Made by a program: the position numbers and the translations under genes. Positions 47,614 to 61,900 of a stretch of DNA of 64,000 nt are shown piece after piece. The stretch lies in NCBI GenBank assembly GCA_002269645.1, contig NIVC01001584.1:92807-156806 (forward strand). Direction: 5' to 3'. The notes under the pieces were generated by a model. It had not been told where the DNA came from and searched no databases. It saw nothing but the letters and a program-made list of their open reading frames with translations. The stretch is from Macrostomum lignano. Lineage: Eukaryota. Positions within the stretch are counted from its first letter, which is position 1. Each line of letters begins with the position of its first letter.

Positions 47614-49125
47614 CTACATCACGTGACAGGGACAGCAGGCAAGATGCTGTCTGCTGGCATTCTTTAAGTACATCGACGCCTTAGCAGCTCGGCCTTTCAC
47701 TGAGTAATGGACTTCGCGGTCCTTGGCCAGCTCTTCCGAGGTCAGCATCGTGGGCACCTGTTCGTAGTATTCCTTAGTTGGCTGTCGGGTCTCTACGAAT
47801 TGTTTTAATGCTTGCGTCATGAGATCCTGAGTGAAGCGATTGTTAAATTCCAGGCACAGGTACTTCAGGTAGGAGTCTCGGATTCTTGACTCCGTCTGGC
47901 AGCAGTACACCAGGTAGTTAATGTAGGGACCGTATCCGTAATTGTAGGTTTTGTCCACTTTTCGGTAGAAATCGATAACTGATGCTTCGTCCTGCGGCGA
48001 CAGCTCGCAGAGGCACAACAGGCAGGTCAGGGACACCGCGGCTCGTTGTAGGAACCCCGCTGAGACGCCGCTAATGCAGTGCTCTCGCTGGGCCATGGTC
48101 GGGTGCGGCCATTTGCCCTCCTCGTCGCCCAGGAGATTGAAGCTGCCTCTGCCCAGCACGGGCACGGCGAATGCGTCTCCGTAGGGCGAGCTGACCTCCA
48201 GCAGGCAGCAGTAGACTGTTTCTGCTTCAATGTAGGCGTCTCTCAGGTAGTTGACTCGAATGCCGAGTGGTTGAATCACCGGATTTCTAGTGATGAAGTT
48301 CCCGTGAAGCTCTATGCTCGAGTCTGAAGGCTGCGACGGCTGTTTATGTGCTGACGTGCTCTTGCTGCCGTTTTTCTGCTTCTTCAGCTTGCTCGGCGGG
48401 TACTCCTACGTAAATGGGTGATTTGTATGAATGTTACCTGTAGAGAGTCAGCCACATTAACGTTAAATCGTTAAATGGAGTCGAACCCCGGAACCCGAGA
48501 ATCGTACGTGCTACCTCTTCGCTACCCATTGCAAAAGCATTCAACTTAACTTGCTACGGTGTTAATATGGAAAGTTGTATCCTCCAAAACTTTTGTACCT
48601 AATGGAAGCAATAAAAGGCAAATTCTATTGGTTTTTTCTAGCCTTACTGCACTTAAAAACTGTTTAAGATATTCAACGTTCATTTCGAGCTTCAAAGCGG
48701 TAACAAAACAGGCGAATTTGAATTCTTACCTGCAGGTCAAGCTGCACTCGACTCTTAGAAAGCAGCCGAATGCCGAGCTGGGCCAGCGCATCAGCCTGAG
48801 CTTCCGGATTCTCCAGCTGGTTCAGCACCGAGCTCAGCAACACGGACTCCCGCTGTTGATCTTCTCCATTCTGCTTCATCATAGAGAATTTGTTGCCAAA
48901 TCTTGGCCTGATGAGGAAGTCCAGACTGTCTCCTGATGCCGCAGATTCCCCAGCAGATGCTGAGGCTGGTTGGTACGATTTGCCTTCCTGTTTCGGCATT
49001 GCTTGCAGACAGGAATTGTCTTCCCCAGAGCAATGCTCAGACGCTGGGTATAAGCTGGAGGTCTTGAGACTACTTCTTTTTGATTTAGAAACAATTCTGT
49101 TACACCAACTTTTTTGTCTCGGCAT
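47614..49125 (-). CDS. Two-exon gene of unknown function (exons 49125-48730 and 48405-47614), C-terminus ACCPCHVM (CaaX-like)
   Basis: CTGCAG|gtaaga donor at 48729 and tttacgtag|GAG acceptor at 48406 are both phase 0 and join ORFs 48673-49173 and 47614-48279. The 5' end is uncertain. Confidence 0.65.
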
Positions 49126-49990
49126 CTCAAGCCTCGGCGTGGTGCTCGTGCAATTGTAAATAAAGTGCGCCACAGTTCTTACTCGTCTGCCCTGGCCCTA
49201 TTGTGTGCCTGCGCAGCTGCTCACCTCTCTCTCCGCCTCTCTTTCAGGCCCGCAAAAGCAAAGAGACGAAGGCAACATTTTTTAGTTTTCCTGTCCCCTG
49301 CCCTAGCTGGGTCTTTTTTTCGTCCCTGGACTGCAGGCATGGTTGTGGCTATTCGGAGACATGGCGGTTGCAACAAACAGATTTGTCGCTCAAGTAATAT
49401 GCTTGAATAAATTTGGGGTAGATGATGGTCGAGTAAGACTGTAGACTTCAATGAACTTTTTTCTAACCGAAATAGTAATTTTATATAAACCAGCCCGCAC
49501 CTAGGTATTCACAGGTATTTCGAGTTTGCACTGGGTCAAAGTTCTTGCTCTGATGAATTAATGCGGGTTTTCCGTTTCACGTTTTTAAGCCTTAGCTTGA
49601 ACAAATAAATCGCACACATTTTACATTCGCCCAGAAAAGTTTCCCTAGATATTGCGACTGATTGATATATTTAAACGCGCATGTACATCTTATATACTTC
49701 ACATACTGTACGCCCAGATTCAACTAAGCTTTCGGTGTACACTAGAATTTGAGAAATTACAGGAATATGGTCGCTTCCTCACTGGTCACTTACTAAATTA
49801 ACTTATAATCTTATCGCATTGAACTCAGCGGGTTCGAGGGGCCGCTCAGCTGACTTAAATTTTTATGCTTGGTTTGCAGAAAGTGTTAACACAGCATTAT
49901 TATCAAAGTGGAGAACTGAGTGAGTTTTTAAAACATTTCCACAAGATTCACTGGTCAGCAAGCTAATTCTCTAAGGGACTGGCTGCAGTC

Positions 49991-52900
49991 ATGTCGCGTC
50001 TCGTAAAGAATTTGCTTTTTTTACTCATGGCAATTCTGCTTGTGATGGCGACTGCTCATGCTCAAGGTGAGGTTGAGTACATGCTACTTCTAATTATTGT
50101 AATTTTTCTGTTCTTTAGCATGTCTGTTGCATGTATCAATACGGTTATCAAATGCATTTAAACAATTCAAACCAGTCTTCATTTGAAAGAGGTTTTCATT
50201 GAAGAGTGTCTAGCTATTATAGAATTTAAGTCGAATGTCGAAACACACCAACCCAAGCAGAAGACACACCTACCGAGAATTGCCTACCTAAGGGAGTCAC
50301 TTGTCAACCAACAATCGGTTTTGATAATCCCGAGAGTGCAGGCAAATCTGTTGAGTATCGATACGCTTTCGAGCAGTCGATCAGCTGGTTTGAAGAAGAC
50401 GGCCAACAGAGCCACAGGGGTTCGAAGCAAGCGGCCAAGCAGAGAGTTGCCTCTGGCTTGCTGACGGTTGTCAAGTTTCGCAGACAGAACTGCGAGATGG
50501 CAGCTCGAGTGAGCGTCGACGCCGGAGCCCGTGAACGCCTGCCCAATTTGAGGTTCGCCATCAGCGGCGGCCGAATTCGTGCCGTCTGTCTGGGAGCTGA
50601 CGAGCGCGATGGCTCATCGGCTGCCTCGCTGAACCTACAGCGAGGACTGCTGTCTATGCTGCAGACATCTGCTAGGGATTTCCACCTGCCAAGAAGCCTT
50701 GTTGAAGTATGTTCGTTAGTCTTAGTTTGAAAAAGAAACAGTCTTCTTCTAATTATAAGGAAAGTATCTATTTTCTATCTACACCCAACCAAGACTGACA
50801 TCCTCGGGGATTGCGCAACCCACTTCGTGGCAACCGGACCCAACAGCTTTCGTAAAACGAAGCAACTTCAAGAGTGCCGCGGCGTGAACCGATTCGCCAC
50901 GGTTGGTCCTCGAATATCGAGCTGGTTTAGCGGTGTGGTGAGCGACTGTTTAACATCGTATAAAGTGATTTTGCTGGGGCAAACGTTTCAGCGCATTAAA
51001 CTGTCACTTTCCAGTCTCCAGATTCATCCAGACGTCTAGTAACTGGCCATCAACAGTGCGACACCAGCCTACATCCAATTCATGGCTCAATCAACGTAGT
51101 CAACTGCTCAGAGAAACTCTCGTTGACTTCTCCACTTCCTGCCTCTTTTGGCTCCACTGTTAAGCTTGAAATTCGCACCAGCCTACGCTTGATTGACAGG
51201 CGTTCTGCTTCAGTACAACCGTCAACTATGCTTAGCAAAATTTCTCGTCGAACTAGTCTCAGCTATGAGAACGACGATGAGCTGGATGCTGAGTCGCCGA
51301 GAGACGATGTCGAATCGTTGCAGTCTGTACTGACCAGTCTGTGCAATCAGTCAAAAGTGCGAAATCCTGCCGTACTGGTTATGAATTTAGGAAAATTGGT
51401 CAGCAAAGTTCGCTACCCCGAACCGCTGGAGTTACTGCATCGATGGCTGACAACAAGCTTGAAGTGCTCGAATTTACGTCTTGCGAGGTGAGACCAAGTG
51501 CAATAAAGAAGAATGTCAGATGTATGTGCGGAGTCCATAGTTCCCGGATGATGTGTGCACATTAGTCGAGAGTTGCAGGGGGTCGTAACCCAGTGGTCTA
51601 GTGCGGCGCTTTCTTGTGTACCAACGGCCCAGGCTTGATTCCAAGTGCAGTCACATTAATTTTGGGGCTAAATTGGAATCTCGGCTTGGCTCTGCTCGCG
51701 CCATTAATGGCTTTAAAGGCCAATCCCTAAGGCACAGTGAAGTGTACATGCCTTGACGATAAATAAATTTAGGGCCGCTGTAAACTCGTGTGTGAGTGTG
51801 TGCCTGTGCGTATGACTGCAGCGTACGTATCCGCGTGCTTGTGTGCCGATGTGTGACAATGTCGCTTAAAGTGCGCCAGGGTGCACACAGCCCTCTGCCA
51901 CCAGCTATTCTAGTCAAAAAGGAGAGAGTTAACGGATGATGTGTGTACATTGGGTTTATAGTTACAGAAAGTATGAATAAATTGTAAAGTGTATAGTTAA
52001 TGCATAAACTGTATGCACCGGAAGAACTAGATTGAATGGATAATTCGTGAGATTTTAGCATAATTTCAATAAAAAATACAACTAGTAGTACTACTATAGA
52101 ATTTCTCAAATGCTTTTCATATCAGTTTTTTTACAGCTTTCAACCCCCTTTCTATCAAACGCAGGTGGCAATACCTGAAGACTTTGGTGCAGGCAGACAT
52201 GGACGCGGGCATTGTCGCGATTTTTCGCCTTCTGGCCGATAAAAGCATCGGTGGCGGATTGCCGATTGTCGGTCCTGACAGACAAAACATCTTGAAGATA
52301 TTAGCTATCCAAGCTGCTTCATCAAAGTTCCCGTTGTCCACTGCAGTGATAATTAGCGCCGTAGATTTTTTCAAGACCTGCCTTACATCGTCGAACTCAA
52401 AAGCCAGCTGCTCACCCGAGGACGTCGGGCCGGCCATGCTGGCCGTCTCAGCAGTTGCGCGTCGAACGAAAGCAGCAGAACGATCAGCTGAGTTGGAATC
52501 TTCTCTGACCACTCTGCTGACCGGATTCAGCGAGGGAGATGATAAAATCAATGGGAAAGTAAGATTCATATGCTCGTTAATGAACTTGTGATAATGGTTA
52601 CACGGGCTCTAATGGCAACAAAGAGTGAAAACAGAGCTAAGGATCGTGAACGAATTCAGCAGATTTTTTATCACTAGTTGGACTTTTAAACTTCTCTTGG
52701 TTTAGTTTTACTGGTAACTATATATATTCAGGCATCGGGAGGTAAGGTAAAAAGCTAGGGTTAACTTTTTTAATCACACGACACCAATCAGAATCAACGT
52801 CACCTGACCGACTGGGCACTCCTGGCAATCGGCAATCTCGGTCCCGATTGGGCAACTCAGGCTGTCACTTCTGTGGCTGCCTCCACAGTTGAAGCAGCTC

Positions 52901-55900
52901 GTCATTCTACTGGCAGACGTCTTCTGGCTGTCGCAGCACTTCAGAACATGCAGCCATCAGCATTGGCAGTTTCGGCGTTGGAGCGTCTGCTGATGTCGGG
53001 TGCTTTGATCAGCAGCTCTGATGGCAGAAGACTGCAGGCTGCCATTGTACGCGCCTTGCTGCCCAGGTTGGAAAAAGGCACTTGTCCAACTAACAGAAAT
53101 TGGTGAGTCAATCATGTTTTTTTAAGTTGCAGGTAATTTTACCGAGGGATGTCGCGACAGAAGTCGTTACGAGTGTACCCTTAGCAACGTTGAAAACCGC
53201 CAGAGCAGTGGCCGAGCGATTGACTTCAGCTTACTACTACAGTATGCAGATGATGATGCAAGGTTTTTTAACGCTCGCTCGGGTTGTCTAGGGTGTAGGG
53301 TGGCGGTTTTCAATGTTGCTAAGTATACATAATGAGGGGACCTTAGGGGTTGTAGCCAAGTGGTTAGAGCGTCGGACTCACAACTGAAGGTCAGGGGTTC
53401 GATTCCAAACCCACTGGAACAATTTGTGCACTTGAGCAAGACACTTAACTCTGCATTTTTTCAGTTAACCCAGCTGTAAAATGGTTACCAGCATTAGCTG
53501 GGGTAATTGACGGTGCGTGTCGCGACCCCCCAGTCCTTGGATTGAGCAGCCGTACGCAACCTTCAGATGCGCCGCGCAATAGCTGCGGCTGAGCTCTCGG
53601 TTGCACATCTGGCCCAATTGTAATCAAATACCATTAATATTACTATCGCACAACAACAAATTTGCAGCCTTCTTAGTTCAGAACTGTGTTCTTCTGAAAG
53701 GCTTTTTGATTTAATAAACGTTATAAAGTCAATTTATTCATATTTTATACGTCCGGTACAGTGACTTTGAACTGCTAATTTTATTAATAAAGACCCTAAT
53801 GACACTAATATTTCAGTCCAACGTCTCTCTCCACTGCAATCGAACGCTTGTGGAACAGCAGCAACCCAGCTGACGCAGCCTTAGCCACTTACGCACACTC
53901 TGTCGCTCGGAAACGGCTCGAAAAACTGGAATCGTCACTTTCACAGGACTCTGCGTTGAAAAGCGACGCAGCTCTGAGGCAATTGCGTCAATTGGTGGAG
54001 AAACCTCCGGCGCTTTTCTCCATCGACCGGGCGTCGAAACCGTCGGTTCGCGCCGACAGGTTTCAGCTGGTAGACGGCCTGATTGATATCAGCTATGAGA
54101 TTGACTGGGAAAGCGCTGATGCGGTGATAATCTCGATGCCAACTCGAGCCGAGTTTCAACTGACCCTACATAACCAGATGACTGGATTTGCTGTTCCACT
54201 GCTGGATGCGGAATTGATTCGACGGTTTTCTAACGGCCCAGGTGATCATACGGCGGTCATCAGAAGAAGAGGCGATGTTACTGTAGCAGTTGACTGGACA
54301 GGCGAGTCTTCTATTGGCGATTTGCAGCGGCTTCTGTGGGACGACACGTGGATGTCTGCGACAATTGAGTCTGTTTTGATGCCGACAACATTGCAAGTGA
54401 CTACAAGCCTTGGACAGGTAGGGAAACCGAATCTTCAACTCTCCTAAGATAAAAAATCACAAAAAACGAAAACTAGAAGTACGCAAAACTTGCGATTTTT
54501 TGCGAATTTCGTTAAAGACAGGGTTTTAGCTGCAAAAATGCTTCAGCAAAATAGAAATTTTCATATTTTTTCACCGCTAACTTTGCAATATCTGGAGCCA
54601 TTTATACTCGTAGAACAGATATTTCTCGACCGAAGTGATGGAAGTTAAGAGAAAGCCTCCTCTTTTTGAAGTTATCTGCTTGAAACACGTGATTCTATCT
54701 TTAATCTTCAGCCATGTTCACTCGCAGGCCCTCTTGATATCAAGCGAGGCGGCACTGATTGCAAATAGCGGTGTGTCACGGCGGCCACCGTCTGTGACTG
54801 AGAGCTTTCGAACCGATGGCTCCGTCATGCTGCAGCCGAGCTTCTCAGTTTATGCCAGTCGCTCAGTCCATCTATCAGGGTTGTCCATGGGCAGGCGGAG
54901 TTCGCGTTCAAGTGTCATCCATCGATTGGGCATCTCTGGCGACGGCGATCTCTCAGTGGAGCTGTTCTGGCGCTGGCAGACTTCTGATGGATGGGGCCTG
55001 TCTGTGGGTCTTCGATCGCCCCTGCAACGTCAGGAGCTGCTCAGAGTGCGCTTGATGAGTGTTCTGGCTGAAGGCAAGAATGATGCGAAAAATCCAGTGT
55101 TTAATGACACCTGGATTTCTGAAAATCAAGACGACATTTCATCAAGACAATCTTGGCAGTTGTGCATGCGAGCTTTTTCCAGAACTATCACGGGCCACAA
55201 CATTTGCGCCAGCGTTAAAAAGCAGAGACAGTGGAGTAAGTTTAGTCTAATTTTAGAGCGACAGGTGAGTTTATAATCTGTAAACGATATTTAATAAGGT
55301 TATAAAATACCTGGAGGGTCTGGGGGGAATATGACGGGGTTGTAGCCTAGTTGGGGGTTGTAGCCTAGTTGGGGGTTGTAGCCTAGTTGGGGGTTGTAGC
55401 CTAGTTGGGGGTTGTAGCCTAGTTGGGGGTTGTAGCCTAGTGGGGGTTGTAGCCTAGTTGGGGGTTGTAGCCTAGTTGGGGTTGTAGCCTAGTGGGGGGG
55501 GTTGTAGCCTAGTGGGGGTTGTAGCCTAGTTGGGGGTTGTAGCCTAGTGGGGGGTTGTAGACTAGTTGGGGGTTGTAGCCTAGTTGGGGGAGGGTTGTAG
55601 CCTAATTGGGGGTTGTAGCCTAGTGGGGGGGGGGGGTTGTAGACTAGTTGGGGGTTGTAGCCTAGTAGGAGTTGTAGCCTAGTGGGGGGGGGGGTTGTAG
55701 CCTAGTTGGGTGTTGTAGCCTAGTGGGGGGGTTGTAGCCTAGTGGGGGTTGTAGCCTAGTGGGGGTTGTAGCCTAGTGGGGGTTGTAGCCTAGTGGGGGT
55801 TGTAGCCCAATGGGGGGTTGTAGCCTAGTGGGGCTGTAGCAGTGGAGGGTTGTAGCCTAGTGGTTAGAGCGTCGGACTCACGACTTGAAGTTCGGGGTTC

Positions 55901-58900
55901 GATTCCCGATCCCAATGGAACAATTTGTGTCCTTGAGAAAGACACTTGTAACTCTGCTTTGCTTCAGTTCACCCAGCTGTGAAATTGGTGCCAGCATTAG
56001 CTGGAGTAATTGAGACTGTGTGTGGCTGCTTTGTTCGCGCCCAAGCTTTGAAGCGCGCCATCTGACGCTGCTTTTGTGATCTGGCAGCGTACTCTGTTGT
56101 TGTTGTTGTTGTTGTTGTGTGGCTGGCGACCTCTCTTAGTCATTGGACTGACCAGCTGTACGCAGCCTTCAGATGCGTCGCGCAATAACTAGGCGGGTGT
56201 AATTATTTTACAAAATTAAAAAAGATTAAATCTGTTACACATTTTTCCGCCATTTGCAGGATCCCAAGGCTGAACTGTTTGAAGCTACACTGGAAAAGAA
56301 AACCACCGAGATCATGTCAGAGACCAGAATAGTTTTTGGAAACCGAAACTCTCCTCAGAGACACTTCGGTTTGACAATCAATTCGCTAAATACTTCGGAA
56401 GGCAGCTTTTTAAAGTTCGACGCCAGCAACCCGGTGTTTCCGGTGAGTCTCAACTCGAGTCTGCAGGCTGGAGGAGGCATCGCCGCTGCCCAGTTGTTGG
56501 CTGGCAGCCAGAGCTACTCGTTTCTTGGAAACTGGAGCCGCAACAGCTCAGATTGGCGGTGCGTATCATTTGGGGCTCGTGCACAAAAATTGACCAGTGC
56601 TTTGATTCAACCCATGAGGGACAACCCCCAAGGCACAAAGAGTGTTCCTGCCTGACGATTAGAAAGGCAGGGCCCCTCCCTGTGCACCCTGTTCGAGCGT
56701 GTGCATGAGTGCTTGTCTGCGTACAGTGTTGGCGCGCTTGTATTGTGCTCAGGATCCAGAGGAACGGGCACAATTATTTGACGATTTCGCCGAAGCCAGA
56801 ATGCCCGCAACCATATCCTGCAGCTATTGCTGTCATAATCAGATCAATTTGGCACAAAGTTCAGACCCATTACTGTTGAGCCCCAAGCTCTGGACTTGGT
56901 TTATGAAGACAAAGGTGTACTTTTTCACTTCCCTTTATCAGACTGACTGGCGACGTGTCCAGAGTGGACAGATCCTGGCAGAGATTCGGTCTAGACTTGG
57001 TCTCCGATGCAGTGTCCGGCACTGATCAACTCACTGTGAGATTTCCCAACGGCAGCCGGCGTATCAACAGTTTAGATGGCGACTTTGGAAGCCTCACTTT
57101 GGCTCGAACTTTAAGACTTCGTGCCTCGGATTTTGAAGCAGCAGTTTCTGCGCGGCTAACCGAATCAGGCAGTAATGAGACGGCCTCTGCGCGTTTTGGA
57201 ATTTCTGGCGGTCGGGTGTCGAATGGTTCGTTAGATAAGCTGGTGTTTGTTCAATCGACAGAAGCCCGACAACTTGGGGTTGGATGGATGCGGCATCGAC
57301 TTGAAACCTCCGTGAGCCGAGCTGGCATTGAAAATGGCTTAGGTACGCTAAACTTAAGTTTAGGGCATCGACTTGAGTTATTTACTCATAGCGCGGTTGG
57401 AAGAAGCTTTTCAATGCTGCCGTCTGATGTTTTTTCGGACAGAACCGACACGATCAATGTTTCGTTAGCAGAGACGCGAGGTGAGAAATGGCTCGCACTG
57501 TCTGGTGGCGGTGAAATATTTAGCCTTGTTGGCGCTCTCGGGCAAAGGCTAGAAGTTCCAAAGGCTCTATTGAACCTATCTGTGTCTGATGCCGGCAGTA
57601 ACTTCATGTCGCTGTGTCAAGCTCGTGGAGCTTTGACGATTTTGTCATCAAATTCAAGCAGATCGACAACTGTAGCAGCTTCCATGGGGTTAATCGAAAC
57701 TGCAGATGGCGTATTTCGTCCGGCGCCACTGGAAAGCTTCAACCTAGATGTTCGGTTTATTCGTTCTCCCAGCGGTATGAGAATTTATAAAGAAACTGAC
57801 GGCATAGCATTCAATATCAAGCACTACTGGCCAGCTTTGACCTCACTGAACCAGTCTCTGCGATTGACAATTGACACGCAGAGATTCCGAGAACCTAAGC
57901 ATTCCAAGAACGCAATTTACTTTCAACAATCCTTGTTGCACCTGCCTGAGAACCGTGGTCTGACGCATCAGATCAGCGCAGATGGCAGCCTTGTGCCGAG
58001 AAACTTCAGCCTGACAAATCAACTCAGTTGGCTTGCCTATCGCAGAGGTTTCTTCAAACTTGTCAGCTTGTTCGAGCTAAACGGAAAGTGCCTGTTCAGG
58101 ATGAAACAGCAGGTTGAGCTGGCTGAAAACTACTCAGCCAGTGCATCAACGTGGTGGCATCAAGTCGGCTACGCTCTCGCTGTTGAAACCCCAAAAAACT
58201 CGCATCTCCTACGCAGCGGCGGTTTGAAAATTTCCACCCAAGCCGCTGTTGATGACGCCACGGTGAAAGCTGCGCGACAGCTCGTACGCGCAGATTTTGT
58301 CGCGATCGATCGCGCAAGCGCCAACACAGTGACTGCAGCTTTCTTGCGCCAACTTTGGCAGCTGCTCAGTACAGTCAGAGCTCGTCAGAACATGACATTC
58401 AGTCTCGGGAACAGCCTTTTAGCCAGTGTTCAGACAGACATTGATGCAGTAGACTTGCGACTGCTGCATCGGCATGTCCTGCAGAAAGGCTGGGGCAGCT
58501 CGCAGGTCTTGTTGGATGTCAGAGTTCTCAAGCTACAGCGTCAGGTTCAAGCAACGCTTGAAGTCGCCGGCCGTGGCGAGCTTCGTGCAAAACTATCGAA
58601 CTGGCCAGCTGAGAGAGCCTCCGTGCAGTTTGAACTTCGGTCGTACGTAAGCGGAAGACAGGGACTGCTGACAGCTGACTGGAACTTATCATCGCGAACT
58701 GCTTCTATCCTTATCAAGGCTACCAGCCCTACCACTGGTGCTAGCGCCGGTAACTTCAATTTCTCAGGAGCAATCAACCTGTCAGTTGGTTCGCTTAGAC
58801 TTTTAGCTGAGCAGCCGAACATTCGGGCTCGTCAGAGGCTCGAAATTAGCTGGCCCAAACTCGGCAGTATGCGATTGGACTTTGAGAGAACTAGCATCGA

Positions 58901-61900
58901 CAACAGATGGGGCCCAGATATCCACCTGGCAGTGGAGCGTCCTTCAAGTGGTGGACGATTGACTTTCAAATTAAATACATCAGAACCAAAAATCGAGCAA
59001 ATCGGACTCGACTATCGCAGCTCAGACGTTGCTGAAGGTTATGCTGCTACTGTAAGGTACGTGCGCTACGGACATGAGTTTAGGGCTGATGCCCGAGGAC
59101 GCGGTGGTGTTACGTTCAATGGCGCTTCAAATCAGCTTCCGTTATTCAATCTGACTGTTGAGCAGGTAAGATGTTTTGTTTGAGTTCGGATTTCTCGAGT
59201 TATCCACATGTTTATTTGCTGTTTAAATTTTCAGGCCCTAGATCTGTACGGATTGGAAGATGCGGCGCCTTTCTCTGACATCGCTAAGCAGCTTCGCTTG
59301 TCAGCTCGACTGATTGCGACTCGGCGCGGGGAGGTCGACCTTGCCTGGTGGCTGACGTCTCCTGTGTCAGCTTTTGGCCTCGAGCCGGTGGTCGGGATGG
59401 AGGTGCTTACTCGCTGGTGGCCGCTGCATCTGCGCCTTGGATTGGCGACGCCGGTCGCTCACTGGCGCCGATGCTCGGCGGAGCTCCGCTGCCAACTGTC
59501 GCGTCGGGTAGCCCTCGTGTCCGCGTCTCTGTCGGGTCCGAGCTCCGATTTCGTTGCGCTGTACGAGCACGAGTTTGACGAGGCGCTGACTAATTTAAAA
59601 GCTCGAGTGCACTATCAGAACAATCTTTTGATATTGACTTTTGAGCCGCAACTTCTGAATGCTAGCGTTGCAGCTGTCTTGGCAGGAAGCGGGGAAACAA
59701 ATTTACGCGGTTTTATCAAGACGTCATGGAGGTCGCTGCAGCAACTCGAGTTTGTTGCCACTCCGGCAGCTACCTATATTGACCGAATAGCGCACGGCGA
59801 GTCGCTAAGGATTTTTGATGCTCGCCGAATCAGCAATAGAAATTTCGATCCAAAAGGTTACATACGTCGACGCGATGACTGGGTTCTCGGCATAGCCTTC
59901 GGTGTGAACTCCATTGAGGCCTTTGTTGCCAACGCCAGCGTCGGCCTGACCTCAGGAGGCGGCATTGATGATAGCGACTTTGAATTGACGCTGAGTGGAG
60001 CAACTGCAGGAATGGACCTTCTAAGTGGTCGGATTTACCGCCAAACTAGCAATGGCAGTAGCGAAAACCCCGTGATTTCCAGTGGTCTCCGGGTAATCTG
60101 TCCGGCAGTGACTCTGAATGCTACCGAAGAAGCTACTGTAGGAGAAAATGGCAGAAAGAGATGGCGACTGTTTCTAAACGATGGTGGCGACGTTGTGACA
60201 GCAGACGTTCGCTTCCGAGGCACTCGCTTGGACCCAGATCCAACAGCCCAGTCTTCAGTGATCATCCGCGGCACCAAATACTCAGTTCAACAGCCTGACG
60301 GCCCTAGCAGTCTTCGCATCACTGCCAGTGGATTCGCGCCAGTCGACTTCAACTGGTCCGTCCAAGCAACCAGCCTTGCAAGATTTCGTTTTCGTCTGAA
60401 TTCGCAGCATCGGGCCAAAAGTTCATCAGAGACCACTGTCGGTACTTTAGATGTTGAGGCTGACTGGCCCAGTCGCATTCGTGCTGTTTTTGGTCGAGAT
60501 GCTAATCTAGCTTCTGTTAAACTAGGGATTAGCACAAGCTCGTTGTCGCTGATTCATAGTGCAAACGGCAGCTTTGATGGCCGAGTGCCTCTGGCTCCCG
60601 GACTAGCGCTCAGTCTACCAACACCTCCTGGACCTGTCAACCTGACCGCCGCTTGGACTCCGGATGACTGGCTGTCCAATGGCCTTCTCAATCTTGACTT
60701 CTGGTCCAGCTGGCGATTTCGTCACCGCCATCGCGTCGTGCTGTCAGCGGCCGCCTCCGAAGCGCAGATTGAGACTGTATCAAATTCTTGGCGCATTTTC
60801 TGCAATCACAGCACGGCAAGTCGTACGGTGCAAATCTTTGGCAGTTCAAATGGTTTCGGAGACGTAGATATCACACAAAACAGCTTGAAAGTAAGCCTTG
60901 CTGACTCTGCAGATAAACTTGATATGCTTTACCCAAATCTGTTTCAATTTCCATGGAATAATCAAGACAATGTTAAGAGTTTGAAATTTGCGGCGAATCT
61001 TACAGCACCAACTTTGAGTTTGCTGAGGCCCGCGTCTCTCAATATTGTTCGCATGGTTGCTTTGGATTCGCAGTTGAAAGTTCGGAATGTCAGTCTTGTG
61101 TGCACCTATCAAGCTGATGGCGGTCTTCAGCAAGCTGACGTTACTATTGCTAAAGCAGTCACCGAAAGCCAAGGTAGCAAACTGATAGGTACTGTCATGA
61201 CTAAAGGTTTCAAGTTGATTCAAGCCCTACACTACGAAGCCGAGGTCAACTGGAAATCTGCTAACGGAGAAGCCACAGCAGGTGTTGTGTGTCGCGAGCA
61301 AGCAAAGCAACTATTGGCAGTTCAAGTCTCTGCTAGTAAAACTGGAATTGCGGAATTCAGCGCTGAAACCAGCACTAACCAGAGTGCTTGTCGCGGTCGG
61401 GTAGTTCTACCGTATCTAATGAAAAGCCGAGCACCTTTGCTTCACTTCTCAATGACAGACCAAGTACGAATCGCCTTCAATGCTAGCAGCGATGTGAAAA
61501 ATTGGCAGTTCGAGTGTTACACAATGATCCGACATTTCAAAGTCTCACGAACAACAATCGATGGCGTTTCCAAGTGGCATTTAACGCCGGATTTCCGACG
61601 AACCTCGGGTGTTGTGCTTAGCAACTCGCCCAGCAATGGTACAACGGAACTGCGACTTCCCTGGCGCACGATTCGACTGGTGCAACGTCGATTGACTGCC
61701 AATTTGTGGGAGCTGATGCTCTGGCCCGATGCAATCAATCGGCCCTTTGACGCCAATAAGCTGCGGTGTCTCACAGTGAGTGGCAGTTCGCTAAACTACA
61801 CGATTGAACTTACTTCACGTTATCTTGCTTCGCCAGGTTTGGTGGTCAGCCTCTCTTCTAATGCTACCAGAATGCAGTTGTTGGTTGCTTTGACTCGCGC

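Noticed and set aside
50118-50341. ORF 50183-50464 as exon 2 of the lipoprotein gene
   Set aside because: The phase-compatible acceptor is at 50341, and the Vitellogenin_N motifs lie in a different frame (EYRYAFEQ...).
53346-53420. tRNA gene (also 55847-55915, 51555-51645 and a minus-strand head at ~48470-48535)
   Set aside because: A and B boxes are present, but the acceptor and anticodon stems do not pair properly, and two copies continue into a shared SINE body.
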